This document shows positions 35,595 to 44,452 of a DNA stretch of 64,000 nucleotides, in pieces (position 1 is the first letter of the stretch; the number at the start of each line of letters is the position of its first letter). Below the pieces are notes generated by a model, which did not search any database, was not told the DNA's origin, and saw only the letters and a list, made by a program, of their open reading frames with translations. This DNA is from Candidatus Pacearchaeota archaeon UBA73. GTDB taxonomy: Archaea; Nanobdellota; Nanobdellia; Pacearchaeales; GW2011-AR1. Position numbers and translations under genes: made by a program. The DNA lies in contig DAIF01000004.1 in NCBI GenBank assembly GCA_002496015.1, forward strand, positions 26,196 through 90,195, read 5' to 3'.

Positions 35595-36034
35595 TCAATT
35601 ATCCAAGTTTGAATAATTATTACGATGATTGCGATTATGCTCATTATCCCCTTTATCGCCAGAAACCCTACAGTCTCTATCCTAATCGGCGGCAGACTGA
35701 ATATTCCTGCTAGAATTGCGATAACTCCTATGACTACAGTTGTCAGATGGGTGAAATTACTGGACGTCAGTCCCCATCTAATTGTCTTTATTTTCTCGAG
35801 CTTAGCTTCAAGCACCATCCCGATACCTATGATAAACATCAATCCAGCTTCAACATATCCTCCAAGGTCATAACTAAAAAGTGTATCACTCACAATTCCC
35901 AAAAATCCTAGAATAGATACTATTGACAAAGCTGTGACGAACCGGTGACTTAACTTTATCTTTCCGGAAACCTTCCCTTCTCCATTCAGAATTTTCTGTT
36001 CCATTGTCTCCAAATTTTTCATGTTATCTTTCAA
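35591..36034 (-). CDS. Hypothetical integral membrane protein
   Basis: 147 aa, four hydrophobic helices. Confidence 0.45.
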   Translation of the reverse strand: MKDNMKNLETMEQKILNGEGKVSGKIKLSHRFVTALSIVSILGFLGIVSDTLFSYDLGGYVEAGLMFIIGIGMVLEAKLEKIKTIRWGLTSSNFTHLTTVVIGVIAILAGIFSLPPIRIETVGFLAIKGIMSIIAIIVIIIQTWIID

Positions 36035-36089
36035 AAGTAAGGAGATTACATTTAAAAAGATTATTCATTTACAAAAACAGCATATTCAA

Positions 36090-37157
36090 ATGGAACACAA
36101 AGAAGTACAAAAAAATATCGTTGAAGGAACTCCAAAAACCGACAAAGCCACGCAGGAAGAGCTGTTTGCAGTTCTAAAGTTGGTCGCTCCCGGTACAAAT
36201 CTCCGCGCTTCTCTTGACGGTACGCTCAAGGCAGGCAAGGGCGGTTTGATTGTGGCTGAAAATCAATATACAAACTCTCTTTTCGACGGCGGCTTTTGGC
36301 TCAACACAAAATTCAGCCCACAAAAAGTTATAGAACTCTCAAAGATGGACGGAGCAATAATTTTAAGTCGCGATATGAAAAAGATAAATTATGCTAACGT
36401 CTTGCTCACTCCAAGCAGCAGGATTCCAACTCACGAAACCGGCACCAGACACAAGGCTGCAGAGAGAATAGCCCGTCAAGCCGGAACTCTCGCGATAGCG
36501 ATTTCTGAAAGAAGGAACGAAATAACCCTCTATTTCAAGAACGTTAGGTATCCGTTAATCCCGACAGGGGAGTTATTAAGGCGCGCAAATGAAAATATCC
36601 AGCTTCTCGACAAACAACGCGAGCTCTATGATAAGCAGGTTGAAAGGCTGGACAAAATTGAGCTGAGGGGTTCATCTAGCCTAAGGCAGGCAATCGCTCT
36701 CATACAAAAGGGAAGGATAATTCTTAAATTGGCTGAGGACCTGTACAAATCTCTGATTGAACTCGGCCGCGAAGGAACTCTCTTGAGAATGCGACTGAAA
36801 GAGATTACGCTTGGAGTGGAACGCGAGACAGACCTGGTCATAAAAGATTACACCGCCCTCGATTTAAAGAAATCAAAATTCTTCTTACAAGAACTGTCAT
36901 ACGATTCAGTACTGGAAGAAGAAAACATAGCTAGCATCTTGGGTCACGAAGGCACGATTACAACCCAACAGCTCGGCGGCTGGAGAATTTTGTCAAGAAC
37001 TTCTTTGCTTGATTCCGAAATTTCTATTTTAATCAGGGAACTCCAAACACTTTCAAACATACTGAACATCTCGCTTGAAAAAGCAATAGAACTTTTCGGC
37101 GAAGAAAAAGGAAAAACTTTCAAGGATGAATTAAGCAAATTAAAAGCGTCTGCTTAA
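36090..37157 (+). CDS. disA: DisA-type diadenylate cyclase (DNA integrity scanning protein)
   Basis: DAC domain motifs DGAIILS and HETGTRHKAAERIARQ. Central helical linker and a C-terminal HhH-like region. ATG at 36090. Confidence 0.85.
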   Translation: MEHKEVQKNIVEGTPKTDKATQEELFAVLKLVAPGTNLRASLDGTLKAGKGGLIVAENQYTNSLFDGGFWLNTKFSPQKVIELSKMDGAIILSRDMKKINYANVLLTPSSRIPTHETGTRHKAAERIARQAGTLAIAISERRNEITLYFKNVRYPLIPTGELLRRANENIQLLDKQRELYDKQVERLDKIELRGSSSLRQAIALIQKGRIILKLAEDLYKSLIELGREGTLLRMRLKEITLGVERETDLVIKDYTALDLKKSKFFLQELSYDSVLEEENIASILGHEGTITTQQLGGWRILSRTSLLDSEISILIRELQTLSNILNISLEKAIELFGEEKGKTFKDELSKLKASA

Positions 37158-37483
37158 ATTTTAATTTTCTCAGCCAGCTCCTGGACCAGCCACGTTTTCC
37201 TTCTTTCACCAGAAAGTGCGTTTATCCAAGCGATCGCCCACAGTATGACCACAAACAGTAAGAACAACTGCCCTATTATGGGAACAATCTGGAATATTCC
37301 ACCAATCGCGAATCCAACGAACAAAACAAGACCTTGCTTGGCGTAATACATGACGTATTCGTCATCCCTCCTCAACATCAATGCGATAACAAACCCGATA
37401 ATTGTAAAAAACGTCGCAAGCCATGCAAACAACTTTGACTCATCCCCCTTTCCTGTTTTGTTCACCGCCTTCTTTTTCGCCAT
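37154..37483 (-). CDS. Small membrane protein (DUF4870-like)
   Basis: Three TM helices. YAKQGLVLF...WINALSGERRK resembles DUF4870. Confidence 0.5.
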   Translation of the reverse strand: MAKKKAVNKTGKGDESKLFAWLATFFTIIGFVIALMLRRDDEYVMYYAKQGLVLFVGFAIGGIFQIVPIIGQLFLLFVVILWAIAWINALSGERRKTWLVQELAEKIKI

Positions 37484-37505
37484 CTTTTTACTAGGAAATT
37501 CGCTC

Positions 37506-37793
37506 TTATAAGTCTTCCTCTCTCCAGTAATTTACGTTTTTCTTTAAGTAATTTTTGTCTGGCGCCTTTCCGGCAGCCCATCCGAATAGTCCCCCTAAAA
37601 TTACAAACCCAAATGCGATTCCATATATTCCCCACCACCCCCCAGCGTTTTCCAGAATAAATTTTGAAAACGAAAAGACCACAACAATTCCTATAAGCAT
37701 TCCAAAAACACCCCCTAAAATCATTCTTCCCGAGGGATCTCCGACTTCCTCGTCTTTTATCCACCAGCTCGGCTGCGTTACTTTATCCACCAC
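37506..37793 (-). CDS. Small membrane protein
   Basis: 95 aa with two Gly-rich TM helices. Confidence 0.4.
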   Translation of the reverse strand: MVDKVTQPSWWIKDEEVGDPSGRMILGGVFGMLIGIVVVFSFSKFILENAGGWWGIYGIAFGFVILGGLFGWAAGKAPDKNYLKKNVNYWREEDL

Positions 37794-37835
37794 TTAATTA
37801 TCAGAAGACTAGCGCTTATAATTCTGTCGAAATTC

Positions 37836-38114
37836 CTAAACGTTTCGTCTTCGTAGTCTCTTCTGATAACTCTTCGATTCTCTAAAAACAAAAGTCATAA
37901 AATTAGCAATCGTTTTTTTAAAATATTTATCAAACTTTCCTTTTTTGTGCATAGTCCTCATCTGACGTTCTCTCTTTTTGTCTATGACAGGCAAGCCCCT
38001 TTTTATTTTGCACAGCGCAATTTTCTCAACCACGCCCCTGCGCTCATGCAAAAGCCGGATAATCTCGTCGTCTATTTTATCTATCTTTTTTCTTAGTTTA
38101 TCTAGCGAATCCAT
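37836..38114 (-). CDS. Chorismate mutase (AroQ class)
   Basis: LRKKIDKIDDEIIRLLHERRGVVEKIALCK..GLPVIDKKRE is typical of CM type 2. Confidence 0.8.
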   Translation of the reverse strand: MDSLDKLRKKIDKIDDEIIRLLHERRGVVEKIALCKIKRGLPVIDKKRERQMRTMHKKGKFDKYFKKTIANFMTFVFRESKSYQKRLRRRNV

Positions 38115-38278
38115 TGCTATTTGAGAATAAATCGTTTTTTTATCTTTTCGTTTATGGGTAAAATGAATTTTTATTCAGGAATTATTCTTCTTTCTTTTGT
38201 AGCAATTACAACATCTTTAGTTTCTTTTTCAAATTCTTAAATTACCTTGGATAAATGTTCATTTCCATTTTTAGGAAT

Positions 38279-38300
38279 TGCCCGTGCGGGATTTGAACGC
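38279..38300 (-). other. Orphan tRNA 3'-end-like fragment (T loop plus acceptor 3' strand)
   Basis: Minus strand reads GCGTTCAAATCCCGCACGGGCA. No matching 5' acceptor strand or T-stem 5' strand is found nearby. Confidence 0.4.
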
Positions 38301-38331
38301 GTGTCAATGCATAGCTCATTTTAAGCGTGAA

Positions 38332-38502
38332 TGCTCCTACCGGGAGTCGAACCCGGGCCTCCGCCGTTCTCCATTACCTCGATTTGAGGCAATGTTAAGT
38401 AAAACAATGCCTGTCCTAGAGAGGACTGAAGTTATCATCTTTGACGACATAAACTTCGGCCATTCGAGAGGGCGACGTCCTTAACCACTAGACTATAGGA
38501 GC
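38332..38502 (-). tRNA. tRNA-Glu (CTC) with a 98-nt intron (38367-38464) at position 37/38
   Basis: Exon 1 is GCTCCTA-TA-GTCT-AGTGGTTAA-GGAC-G-TCGCC-CTCTCG. Exon 2 is C-GGCGG-AGGC-CCGGG-TTCGACT-CCCGG-TAGGAGC-A. Perfect acceptor and T stems. A relaxed bulge-helix-bulge can be drawn (CTCT/GGAG helix flanked by the 3-nt bulges CGA and AAC). Confidence 0.75.
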
Positions 38503-38663
38503 TTTTTGTTGCCTGTAGTCGCGAGCAGCCTTTCCATTGCTCTAGACTATAGGAGCTTTTTGTTGCCTGTAGTCGCGAGCAGCCTTTCCATTGCTCTAGA
38601 CTATAGGAGCATCTTCGCCACTATAGCCTTTGAGAAGCTTTGCTTCGATTAGACTATAGGAGC
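38503..38663 (-). repeat. Three tandem units of 53-54 nt, each beginning with the first 14-15 nt of tRNA-Glu
   Basis: GCTCCTATAGTCTAG recurs with 5' ends at 38556 and 38610, and as GCTCCTATAGTCTA at 38663. Units 38503-38556 and 38557-38610 are identical (GCTCCTATAGTCTAGAGCAATGGAAAGGCTGCTCGCGACTACAGGCAACAAAAA). The third unit diverges after the tRNA-like part. Confidence 0.9.
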
Positions 38664-38713
38664 TATTGTCATCTATAGTAGTTATTCTGCCTAGAAATTC
38701 TTCTTTAAAAAAC

Positions 38714-39001
38714 TTATCTCTTCTTACCACGAACTAATTTCTCCGCCCGTTCAATCATCTCCTTCTTCAATCCAATAAAAACCCCTCCGCTCTTCGCCCC
38801 GACATAACTATTCTCCCCGGGCTTGATAATCTTGTTCAACTCGTCCAATTCAATATCTAGATGCGTCACCGTCGCCCCACTCTCACCCCTAAGATGAACA
38901 TAAACATCCGCCTTCCCAAGCTTAATCTTTCCTTTTCCCGGTCCAGACATATCTTTACCAGAATTTTTTAGTTTAAATCTTTTTGGCTTCCGCACCTTCA
39001 T
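38714..39001 (-). CDS. Hypothetical basic protein
   Basis: 95-aa ORF overlapping the upstream ORF by 29 nt. Confidence 0.4.
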   Translation of the reverse strand: MKVRKPKRFKLKNSGKDMSGPGKGKIKLGKADVYVHLRGESGATVTHLDIELDELNKIIKPGENSYVGAKSGGVFIGLKKEMIERAEKLVRGKKR

Positions 39002-39281
39002 TGGCTATGATGCATTCAAGCCTTCCCAATCCAAGAAAAACAAGAGCCCTTTCTTGTGCGCCCAGACTTTCTCCATAAACATGATCTATAAAGTTACATT
39101 GGGTATCAGGATTCCCTAGCATCAAATCATACATTCTCCTAAGAGTCCCTCCATCCTCGTAAAACTTTTGATCTCCCTGCGACACCGCTCGATTCTCCGG
39201 CGCCTCCCGCGGATTAACATTACTGGCTAAGAGTATCAACAAGTCTGCAAATTCCTTACAATTAAATTCGTCGTATCTCAT
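38973..39281 (-). CDS. Hypothetical protein downstream of aEF-2
   Basis: 102-aa ORF 13 nt after the EF-2 stop on the same strand. Confidence 0.4.
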   Translation of the reverse strand: MRYDEFNCKEFADLLILLASNVNPREAPENRAVSQGDQKFYEDGGTLRRMYDLMLGNPDTQCNFIDHVYGESLGAQERALVFLGLGRLECIIANEGAEAKKI

Positions 39282-39294
39282 ATTATTGGAATCA

Positions 39295-41484
39295 CTATTG
39301 ATTCTCAGCCAGGCCCTTTCTATCTCTAATCTTTCTAATCACGCCTGCCTGCAATTCAAATGGCATCCTCTGGAATTCCTGATCTACTAAAGACGAAATT
39401 CCTCTCCCCTCTGTCGCAGAACGCAGGTCATTGCTCCAACCAATCATCTCCGCGACAGGAATCTTTCCAGTGACAATAACCGTTCCCTCTTCCTGCTCGA
39501 CATTCACAAGCGTTCCTCTCTTACTCGAAACGAGCTGCGTTACAGTGCCCATGAAATCTAACGGCGCCTCTATCCTATGTGTCTGAACCGGCTCAAACAT
39601 TGCTGGACCGGCTGTCTTCAACGCTTCAACAATTCCTGTCCGGACTGCTGGATAAATCTGCGCCGGACCACGGTGCATGTGGTCGACGTGAATTTTCGCA
39701 TCGTGTAGAATAAATTTGGTCTTCATCAAAGGTTCTTTAGCTAACGGGCCGCTGTCCACCATCAACCTCCACCCATCCATTATTGAATCTATAATCTCTC
39801 CAAGCAGCACAATGCCCCTCGTTCTATCCTCGAAAATATTACCTTTGTAAATTTCTTTCACCTGTCTGGCTTCATCGTTGCTCATTCCACACTGCCCAAG
39901 TTTATCCCAAACTTGTTCAGCTCTTTTCTTTAGTCTTTCTTCAGGCAGATCTCCTCTTTCAATAGCTTTGTATATGTCGTCATCAAGCGGCTCAATACTG
40001 AAATTGAATATGTTATGTCCGTTCGGAGTTCTTACCTCAACAGTATTGCTCTTCTTGCTGACAGTCTCTCTATAAACAACTATTGGTGGACCAGTCTTGA
40101 TTTCAAGACCTTTCTCATCCTTGATTCTTCCTTCAATAATCTCAAGGTGCAATTCCCCCATTCCGGAAATCAGATTCTCACCTGTCTCGTCGTTGATTTC
40201 AATTTTCACGCTCGGGTCTTCCTTGCCTACTTTTCTCAGGACTTCAATTAGCTTCGGCAGATCAGCGGAATGTTTGACCTCGACAGACTTCGTGATTACA
40301 GGCTGGAATATGTGCTTGATTTCTTCAAATGCCTGCTGTTCATTCACCGTCAGGGTCTCTCCGACATCAATATTCAATCCTGAGACAGCAAGAACATTTC
40401 CGGCTGGAACTTTCTCAAGTTGTTCTGGCTTGATTCCATTGTACACGAAAAGCTGTTGAATTCTTCCTCTTTTTTTGGCATTATTCGCATAAAGCTCCAT
40501 CCCGTTCACTATAGTCCCGGAGTAAAGTCGCCCGGCGCAAACTTCTTTCTTAGATTTCTGGTCAATGATTATCCTTGTTACAACAAATCCGACTTCGCCG
40601 TTCGCATTGCAATTCACAAGATCTTGCCCAAATGCGCTCTCAATGTCTCCTCTCCAGATTTTAGGGATCCTATATTTCTGCGCCTCAAGCGGATTCGGCA
40701 GATGCTTTACCGCCATGTCCAGAACAACCTCATGCAGGGGCGCGTTTTCCCAAACCCACTTTTTTCTCTCTTCCTCTTCCATCTCATAGATTTTGTAAAC
40801 ATCTTTAAAACTCACACTTTTCTTCTTCATGAAAGGCATTGATAACGCCCAATTTTCCCTCGCTGAACCAAACGCGACACTGCCGTCAGCCACATTAACT
40901 TGCCACTTTTCTTTGTATTCCTGCTCAGCAAGTTTCATAATATGTATATTAAATTCATTAATGAGCTTGACAAATCTTTCTTGCATCTGCTCTGGCGTAA
41001 CTTTCAGTTCTTTAATCAGTCTATCAACTTTATTGATAAACAAAACTGGTTTTACCCTTTCTCTCAGCGCCTGCTTCAAAACAGTTTCAGTCTGCGGCAT
41101 GATTCCCTCGACCGCACAAACCAAAACGAACGTGCCGTCAATCGCTCTCATAGCTCTTGTAACATTTCCGCCAAAATCAACATGTCCCGGCGTATCAATT
41201 AAATTAATCAAATATTCTTGATTTTGATATTCGTGCGCCATCGAAACATTCGCCGAGTCAACTGTCATCAATCTTTCCTGCTCGTCTTTGTGCTGCCATG
41301 TCGCCATTCCCTCTTCCAAGTCGCCAGCATTTTTAGCAGCCATCAGGCCCGCAGCCGCGAGTAGATTATCTGTGAAAGCTGTCTTTCCATGGTGGATGTG
41401 CGCAGACGTTGCTACGTTTCGAATATTCTCTTGTTTCGACGTTAATCTCTGAATTTTCTGCAAACTGCTTTCTTTTTCTGCCAT
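39295..41484 (-). CDS. fusA: Translation elongation factor 2 (aEF-2)
   Basis: NIRNVATSAHIHHGKTAFTDNLL (G1), DTPGHVDF (G3), NKVDR (G4). The diphthamide-region H of HRGPAQ is present. 729 aa. Confidence 0.95.
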   Translation of the reverse strand: MAEKESSLQKIQRLTSKQENIRNVATSAHIHHGKTAFTDNLLAAAGLMAAKNAGDLEEGMATWQHKDEQERLMTVDSANVSMAHEYQNQEYLINLIDTPGHVDFGGNVTRAMRAIDGTFVLVCAVEGIMPQTETVLKQALRERVKPVLFINKVDRLIKELKVTPEQMQERFVKLINEFNIHIMKLAEQEYKEKWQVNVADGSVAFGSARENWALSMPFMKKKSVSFKDVYKIYEMEEEERKKWVWENAPLHEVVLDMAVKHLPNPLEAQKYRIPKIWRGDIESAFGQDLVNCNANGEVGFVVTRIIIDQKSKKEVCAGRLYSGTIVNGMELYANNAKKRGRIQQLFVYNGIKPEQLEKVPAGNVLAVSGLNIDVGETLTVNEQQAFEEIKHIFQPVITKSVEVKHSADLPKLIEVLRKVGKEDPSVKIEINDETGENLISGMGELHLEIIEGRIKDEKGLEIKTGPPIVVYRETVSKKSNTVEVRTPNGHNIFNFSIEPLDDDIYKAIERGDLPEERLKKRAEQVWDKLGQCGMSNDEARQVKEIYKGNIFEDRTRGIVLLGEIIDSIMDGWRLMVDSGPLAKEPLMKTKFILHDAKIHVDHMHRGPAQIYPAVRTGIVEALKTAGPAMFEPVQTHRIEAPLDFMGTVTQLVSSKRGTLVNVEQEEGTVIVTGKIPVAEMIGWSNDLRSATEGRGISSLVDQEFQRMPFELQAGVIRKIRDRKGLAENQ

Positions 41485-41642
41485 TTGACTAGAAGTAAGC
41501 TTTGATGTAGAAGTGGGTTTTTAAAGTTTTAGTTAGGTTATTTCTCGATGTATATCTCGGCGTCCTTCAGAATTAACCCGCACTTTAAACTTAGAGACTT
41601 AAAATTCATAAACAACTTAAACCCTGGATTCTAAACTAAAAG

Positions 41643-42896
41643 ATGGGATTTTTAGACTTTTTTAGAAAAAAACCGGAACCACCTAAATCCCCTGCAGGGG
41701 AATTTACAGTAGAAGAGTTGAACGTCTGGCTCGCTGAACAGAAATCTCAGGAATACGAATCTTTGGGCAAAAAGACAGGCGAGTTGCAGAAACTAGTTCT
41801 TGAGGAAAAGGAAACGCTTAAGGCAAACTTGCAAGTTCTCCAAAAAGCCGAACCCCGGAACAAGGATTTGCCTGAGAGGATAAAGCATGTAATGGAGGGA
41901 AACCGCCAGATTTATCTGCAGAAGACGAACGCGCTCTTGGAAAAACTTGTCCTGCCCAAAAGGACTGAGGAACTTCTTTCTTTCATAAAAGAATTTGATA
42001 AGGAGTTGGATCATTTTGACCGCAGCATCTCAAAAAGCCACCAAATCATGGAGGAAATATTTCAGGAAAAAGCCAGTGTGATAGCTAAAGGCATAAAGAA
42101 AATCGACAAATCTTTTAAGGAAATCGATAGTCACATAAAAGGATCAAAGTTAGAAGGGATTAGTCGGATTCAGGAGGATTTGGCAGCGCTCCTTTCAATG
42201 AAGTCGCACTCTCTCGAAAGGAAAAAAAGTATTCTTCACGAAAAAGAAGAACTATCCGCTATCAAAAAAGAAATCTCCCGAAAAGAAGCCCGTCTTGCCG
42301 GACTACAAAAAGAAGACGAATATGTTCAACTTCAGAAATCTCTGGCAGAAAAAGAGAAAATTCAAAAAGAAATATCAGATCTACGCTCAAGGATTCGTGG
42401 GATATTCTCTGAAGTTGAGCCCGCCCTCAAAAAGTATGAAAATCTCTCTCAAAGCAAACTTTCTCTTGAATACCTTACAGATCCAATCGAAGCTCTGCAC
42501 AGGGATGAAGGTCTGGAGATAGCGAAAATCTTTCAGGCTGCGCACAAAGCGATTCTGGCAGGAGAGATTACCCTAAAGGACAAAAAAAGAGAGAAAATAC
42601 TTTCAACTTTGTTGAAACTAGATTCATCTTTCTTGCAGGGCTTGTTGAAAGAAGAATCATCCCTTGGCTCCCGACTAGATGAAGCACAATCCGTCTTAGA
42701 GTCCTCTCAGCTCTTAAAAGAGATTCATAACATGAAGAGCGCAATCAAAAAAGAAACCCTCGAATATGAGGATAAGTTGGCGCGGCTCGAAAAGAACGCA
42801 AAACCAAAATTGAACGACTCAATCGAGGAATCAAGAAATATGATAGAAAATAACATTCGTCAATTACTTAATGCTGAAATAAGGATAATTATCTAG
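41643..42896 (+). CDS. Long coiled-coil protein (K/E/L-rich)
   Basis: 417 aa with heptad-like K/E/L composition throughout. Orientation is opposite to the flanking translation genes. Confidence 0.6.
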   Translation: MGFLDFFRKKPEPPKSPAGEFTVEELNVWLAEQKSQEYESLGKKTGELQKLVLEEKETLKANLQVLQKAEPRNKDLPERIKHVMEGNRQIYLQKTNALLEKLVLPKRTEELLSFIKEFDKELDHFDRSISKSHQIMEEIFQEKASVIAKGIKKIDKSFKEIDSHIKGSKLEGISRIQEDLAALLSMKSHSLERKKSILHEKEELSAIKKEISRKEARLAGLQKEDEYVQLQKSLAEKEKIQKEISDLRSRIRGIFSEVEPALKKYENLSQSKLSLEYLTDPIEALHRDEGLEIAKIFQAAHKAILAGEITLKDKKREKILSTLLKLDSSFLQGLLKEESSLGSRLDEAQSVLESSQLLKEIHNMKSAIKKETLEYEDKLARLEKNAKPKLNDSIEESRNMIENNIRQLLNAEIRIII

Positions 42897-43497
42897 CAGA
42901 ATCTGCTTGCTTTTCAGATTCATTCTTCTTGCTCATTGCATAACTCTCCATATTCTGGCTAGCTGCTTTCATGATTTCATCAGCAAGAGCCTCAACCATT
43001 TTCTTCTTTTTGCCAAAACTTCTCTGATATGCGCCCTGCACCATCCATCTTATCGCTAAGTCCACGCGCCTCGTTGGCGAAGTGTCAACTGCCTGCGGAT
43101 ATCTAGCGCCTCCGTGTTCAATTACTGTGATTTCATCTCGCGGCGATGCATTCTCGATTGCTCTGACAAGAACTTGAATTGGATTATCTCCAGTTTTCTT
43201 CTCGATTAATTTCATAGTCTCAATTACAATCTGCATATTTCTGTTGTACTTCCCACTAGCCCACGAAGTGATTATTCTGTGTTTCTTTCCGACATGCCCT
43301 GGCGTCGCAATTCTATTTGCAATCCTCTCTAGCAATCCAACTTTCGTCTTGCCAAACTTGCCTACATTTCTTCCCTGCGACTTCATGAGAAGTTTCGGCT
43401 CGAGATTAATGTATTGCTTTAGAGCAGGATCTTTTATCTCAATATTAGAAACATCAAACATATCAAATAATTTTAATTGTTGAGTCTGTTCCGTCAT
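42889..43497 (-). CDS. rps7: 30S ribosomal protein S7 (uS7)
   Basis: Archaeal-type uS7 sequence (RIITSWASGKY..., AIENASPRDEIT...GGARYPQAVDTSPTRR). Confidence 0.95.
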   Translation of the reverse strand: MTEQTQQLKLFDMFDVSNIEIKDPALKQYINLEPKLLMKSQGRNVGKFGKTKVGLLERIANRIATPGHVGKKHRIITSWASGKYNRNMQIVIETMKLIEKKTGDNPIQVLVRAIENASPRDEITVIEHGGARYPQAVDTSPTRRVDLAIRWMVQGAYQRSFGKKKKMVEALADEIMKAASQNMESYAMSKKNESEKQADSAR

Positions 43498-43919
43498 TAT
43501 CTCCTTCCCTTCTCAATCTTGCCGGCAACAAGCCTATGCAATGGCTGATCATTTACTTTAATTACTTGAAATCTAATTCCTCTAATATCTCCCTTTGAAC
43601 GCCCCTGCTTCCCGCCAATTCGCTCAATCACAACTTCATCATGTTCATCAACAAACTTCTGAGCAAGATTTCCCGGAATAAATGCTCCGACTTGGATTCC
43701 ATTTTTCACGAGTTGTACCTTGCAGCATTTTCTCATCGCAGAGTTTGGCTGTGCAGCTTCTTTCTGGAACTTCTCGATAACAATTCCCTTTGCCTGGCTA
43801 GAACTCCCAAGAGGATCAGATTTAATTTTCAGATTCTGCATCTTGGCGTTGTAAATTTTGTCAGCCCATCTAAACTTCTTTCTCTTCTTCGCTAGTTTTC
43901 GAGCGCTCATTAATCCCAT
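43497..43919 (-). CDS. rps12: 30S ribosomal protein S12 (uS12)
   Basis: [18 protein letters not shown]... and the conserved C-terminal region. Its stop overlaps the rps7 start (TAATG). Confidence 0.95.
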   Translation of the reverse strand: MGLMSARKLAKKRKKFRWADKIYNAKMQNLKIKSDPLGSSSQAKGIVIEKFQKEAAQPNSAMRKCCKVQLVKNGIQVGAFIPGNLAQKFVDEHDEVVIERIGGKQGRSKGDIRGIRFQVIKVNDQPLHRLVAGKIEKGRR

Positions 43920-44035
43920 GCTTATACCTTAAAGAAATTGGTTTTTAAATCTTCTGCTTAATTCTTTATCAACAATCTATTTCATAGATTATTCCTAATC
44001 TGGAAAATAAGTCCAAGACTAAATGGGCATCCCTA

Positions 44036-44452
44036 TTAAATTATCCTGAGATCCAATCCGTAAGTATCATGAATTATTTTCTTTAATTCTAAAAACCTTC
44101 TTTTATTTCTTCCAATCAAAGAGGCTTTGTTCTGGCTGCTTCCTGCCGTGATAGTGACGCTCCCATCCTTGACCTCCACATACTTTGGCTTTATAGGTGA
44201 TACGACATCAACAATAAACCTCTCTATATCTTCAAGTCCCTCATCTTCCCTTATTACTTTTATCTTCTTCCCTATCTGTTCTTGGATTTTCTTGACGTTA
44301 ATCGCTGCTGGACCAATCGCGCGGGAAACGTCCTCTTTGTTCACTGCAAAGAAAATTACATTATTATGTACAAAGCACTTTCTGGTTTTTACTCTAGCAA
44401 CTTTGTCCAAGAGGTTGATATACCTCATTGCCGTCATATCAATTACGCCCAT
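44036..44452 (-). CDS. nusA: Archaeal NusA-like protein (two KH domains)
   Basis: About 140 aa, KH-type GxxG regions (IGPAAINVKKIQEQIGKKIKV; LIGRNKRRF). Position is after rpoA, as in archaeal operons. Confidence 0.85.
   Translation of the reverse strand: MGVIDMTAMRYINLLDKVARVKTRKCFVHNNVIFFAVNKEDVSRAIGPAAINVKKIQEQIGKKIKVIREDEGLEDIERFIVDVVSPIKPKYVEVKDGSVTITAGSSQNKASLIGRNKRRFLELKKIIHDTYGLDLRII

Noticed and set aside
38367-38464. C/D-box sRNA hidden in the tRNA-Glu intron
   Set aside because: There is only an imperfect GAUGAU and no CUGA D box, and no terminal stem pairing the boxes.
38278-38484. 68-aa plus-strand ORF
   Set aside because: It lies antisense across the tRNA-Glu exons, the intron and the orphan tRNA fragment, so the tRNA explains the region.
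38488-38663. Possible mini-CRISPR array (18-nt partly palindromic repeat GCTCTAGACTATAGGAGC with spacers of about 36 nt)
   Set aside because: Two of the spacers are identical, there are only four copies, the repeat is simply the 5' end of the adjacent tRNA-Glu, and no cas genes or leader are present.
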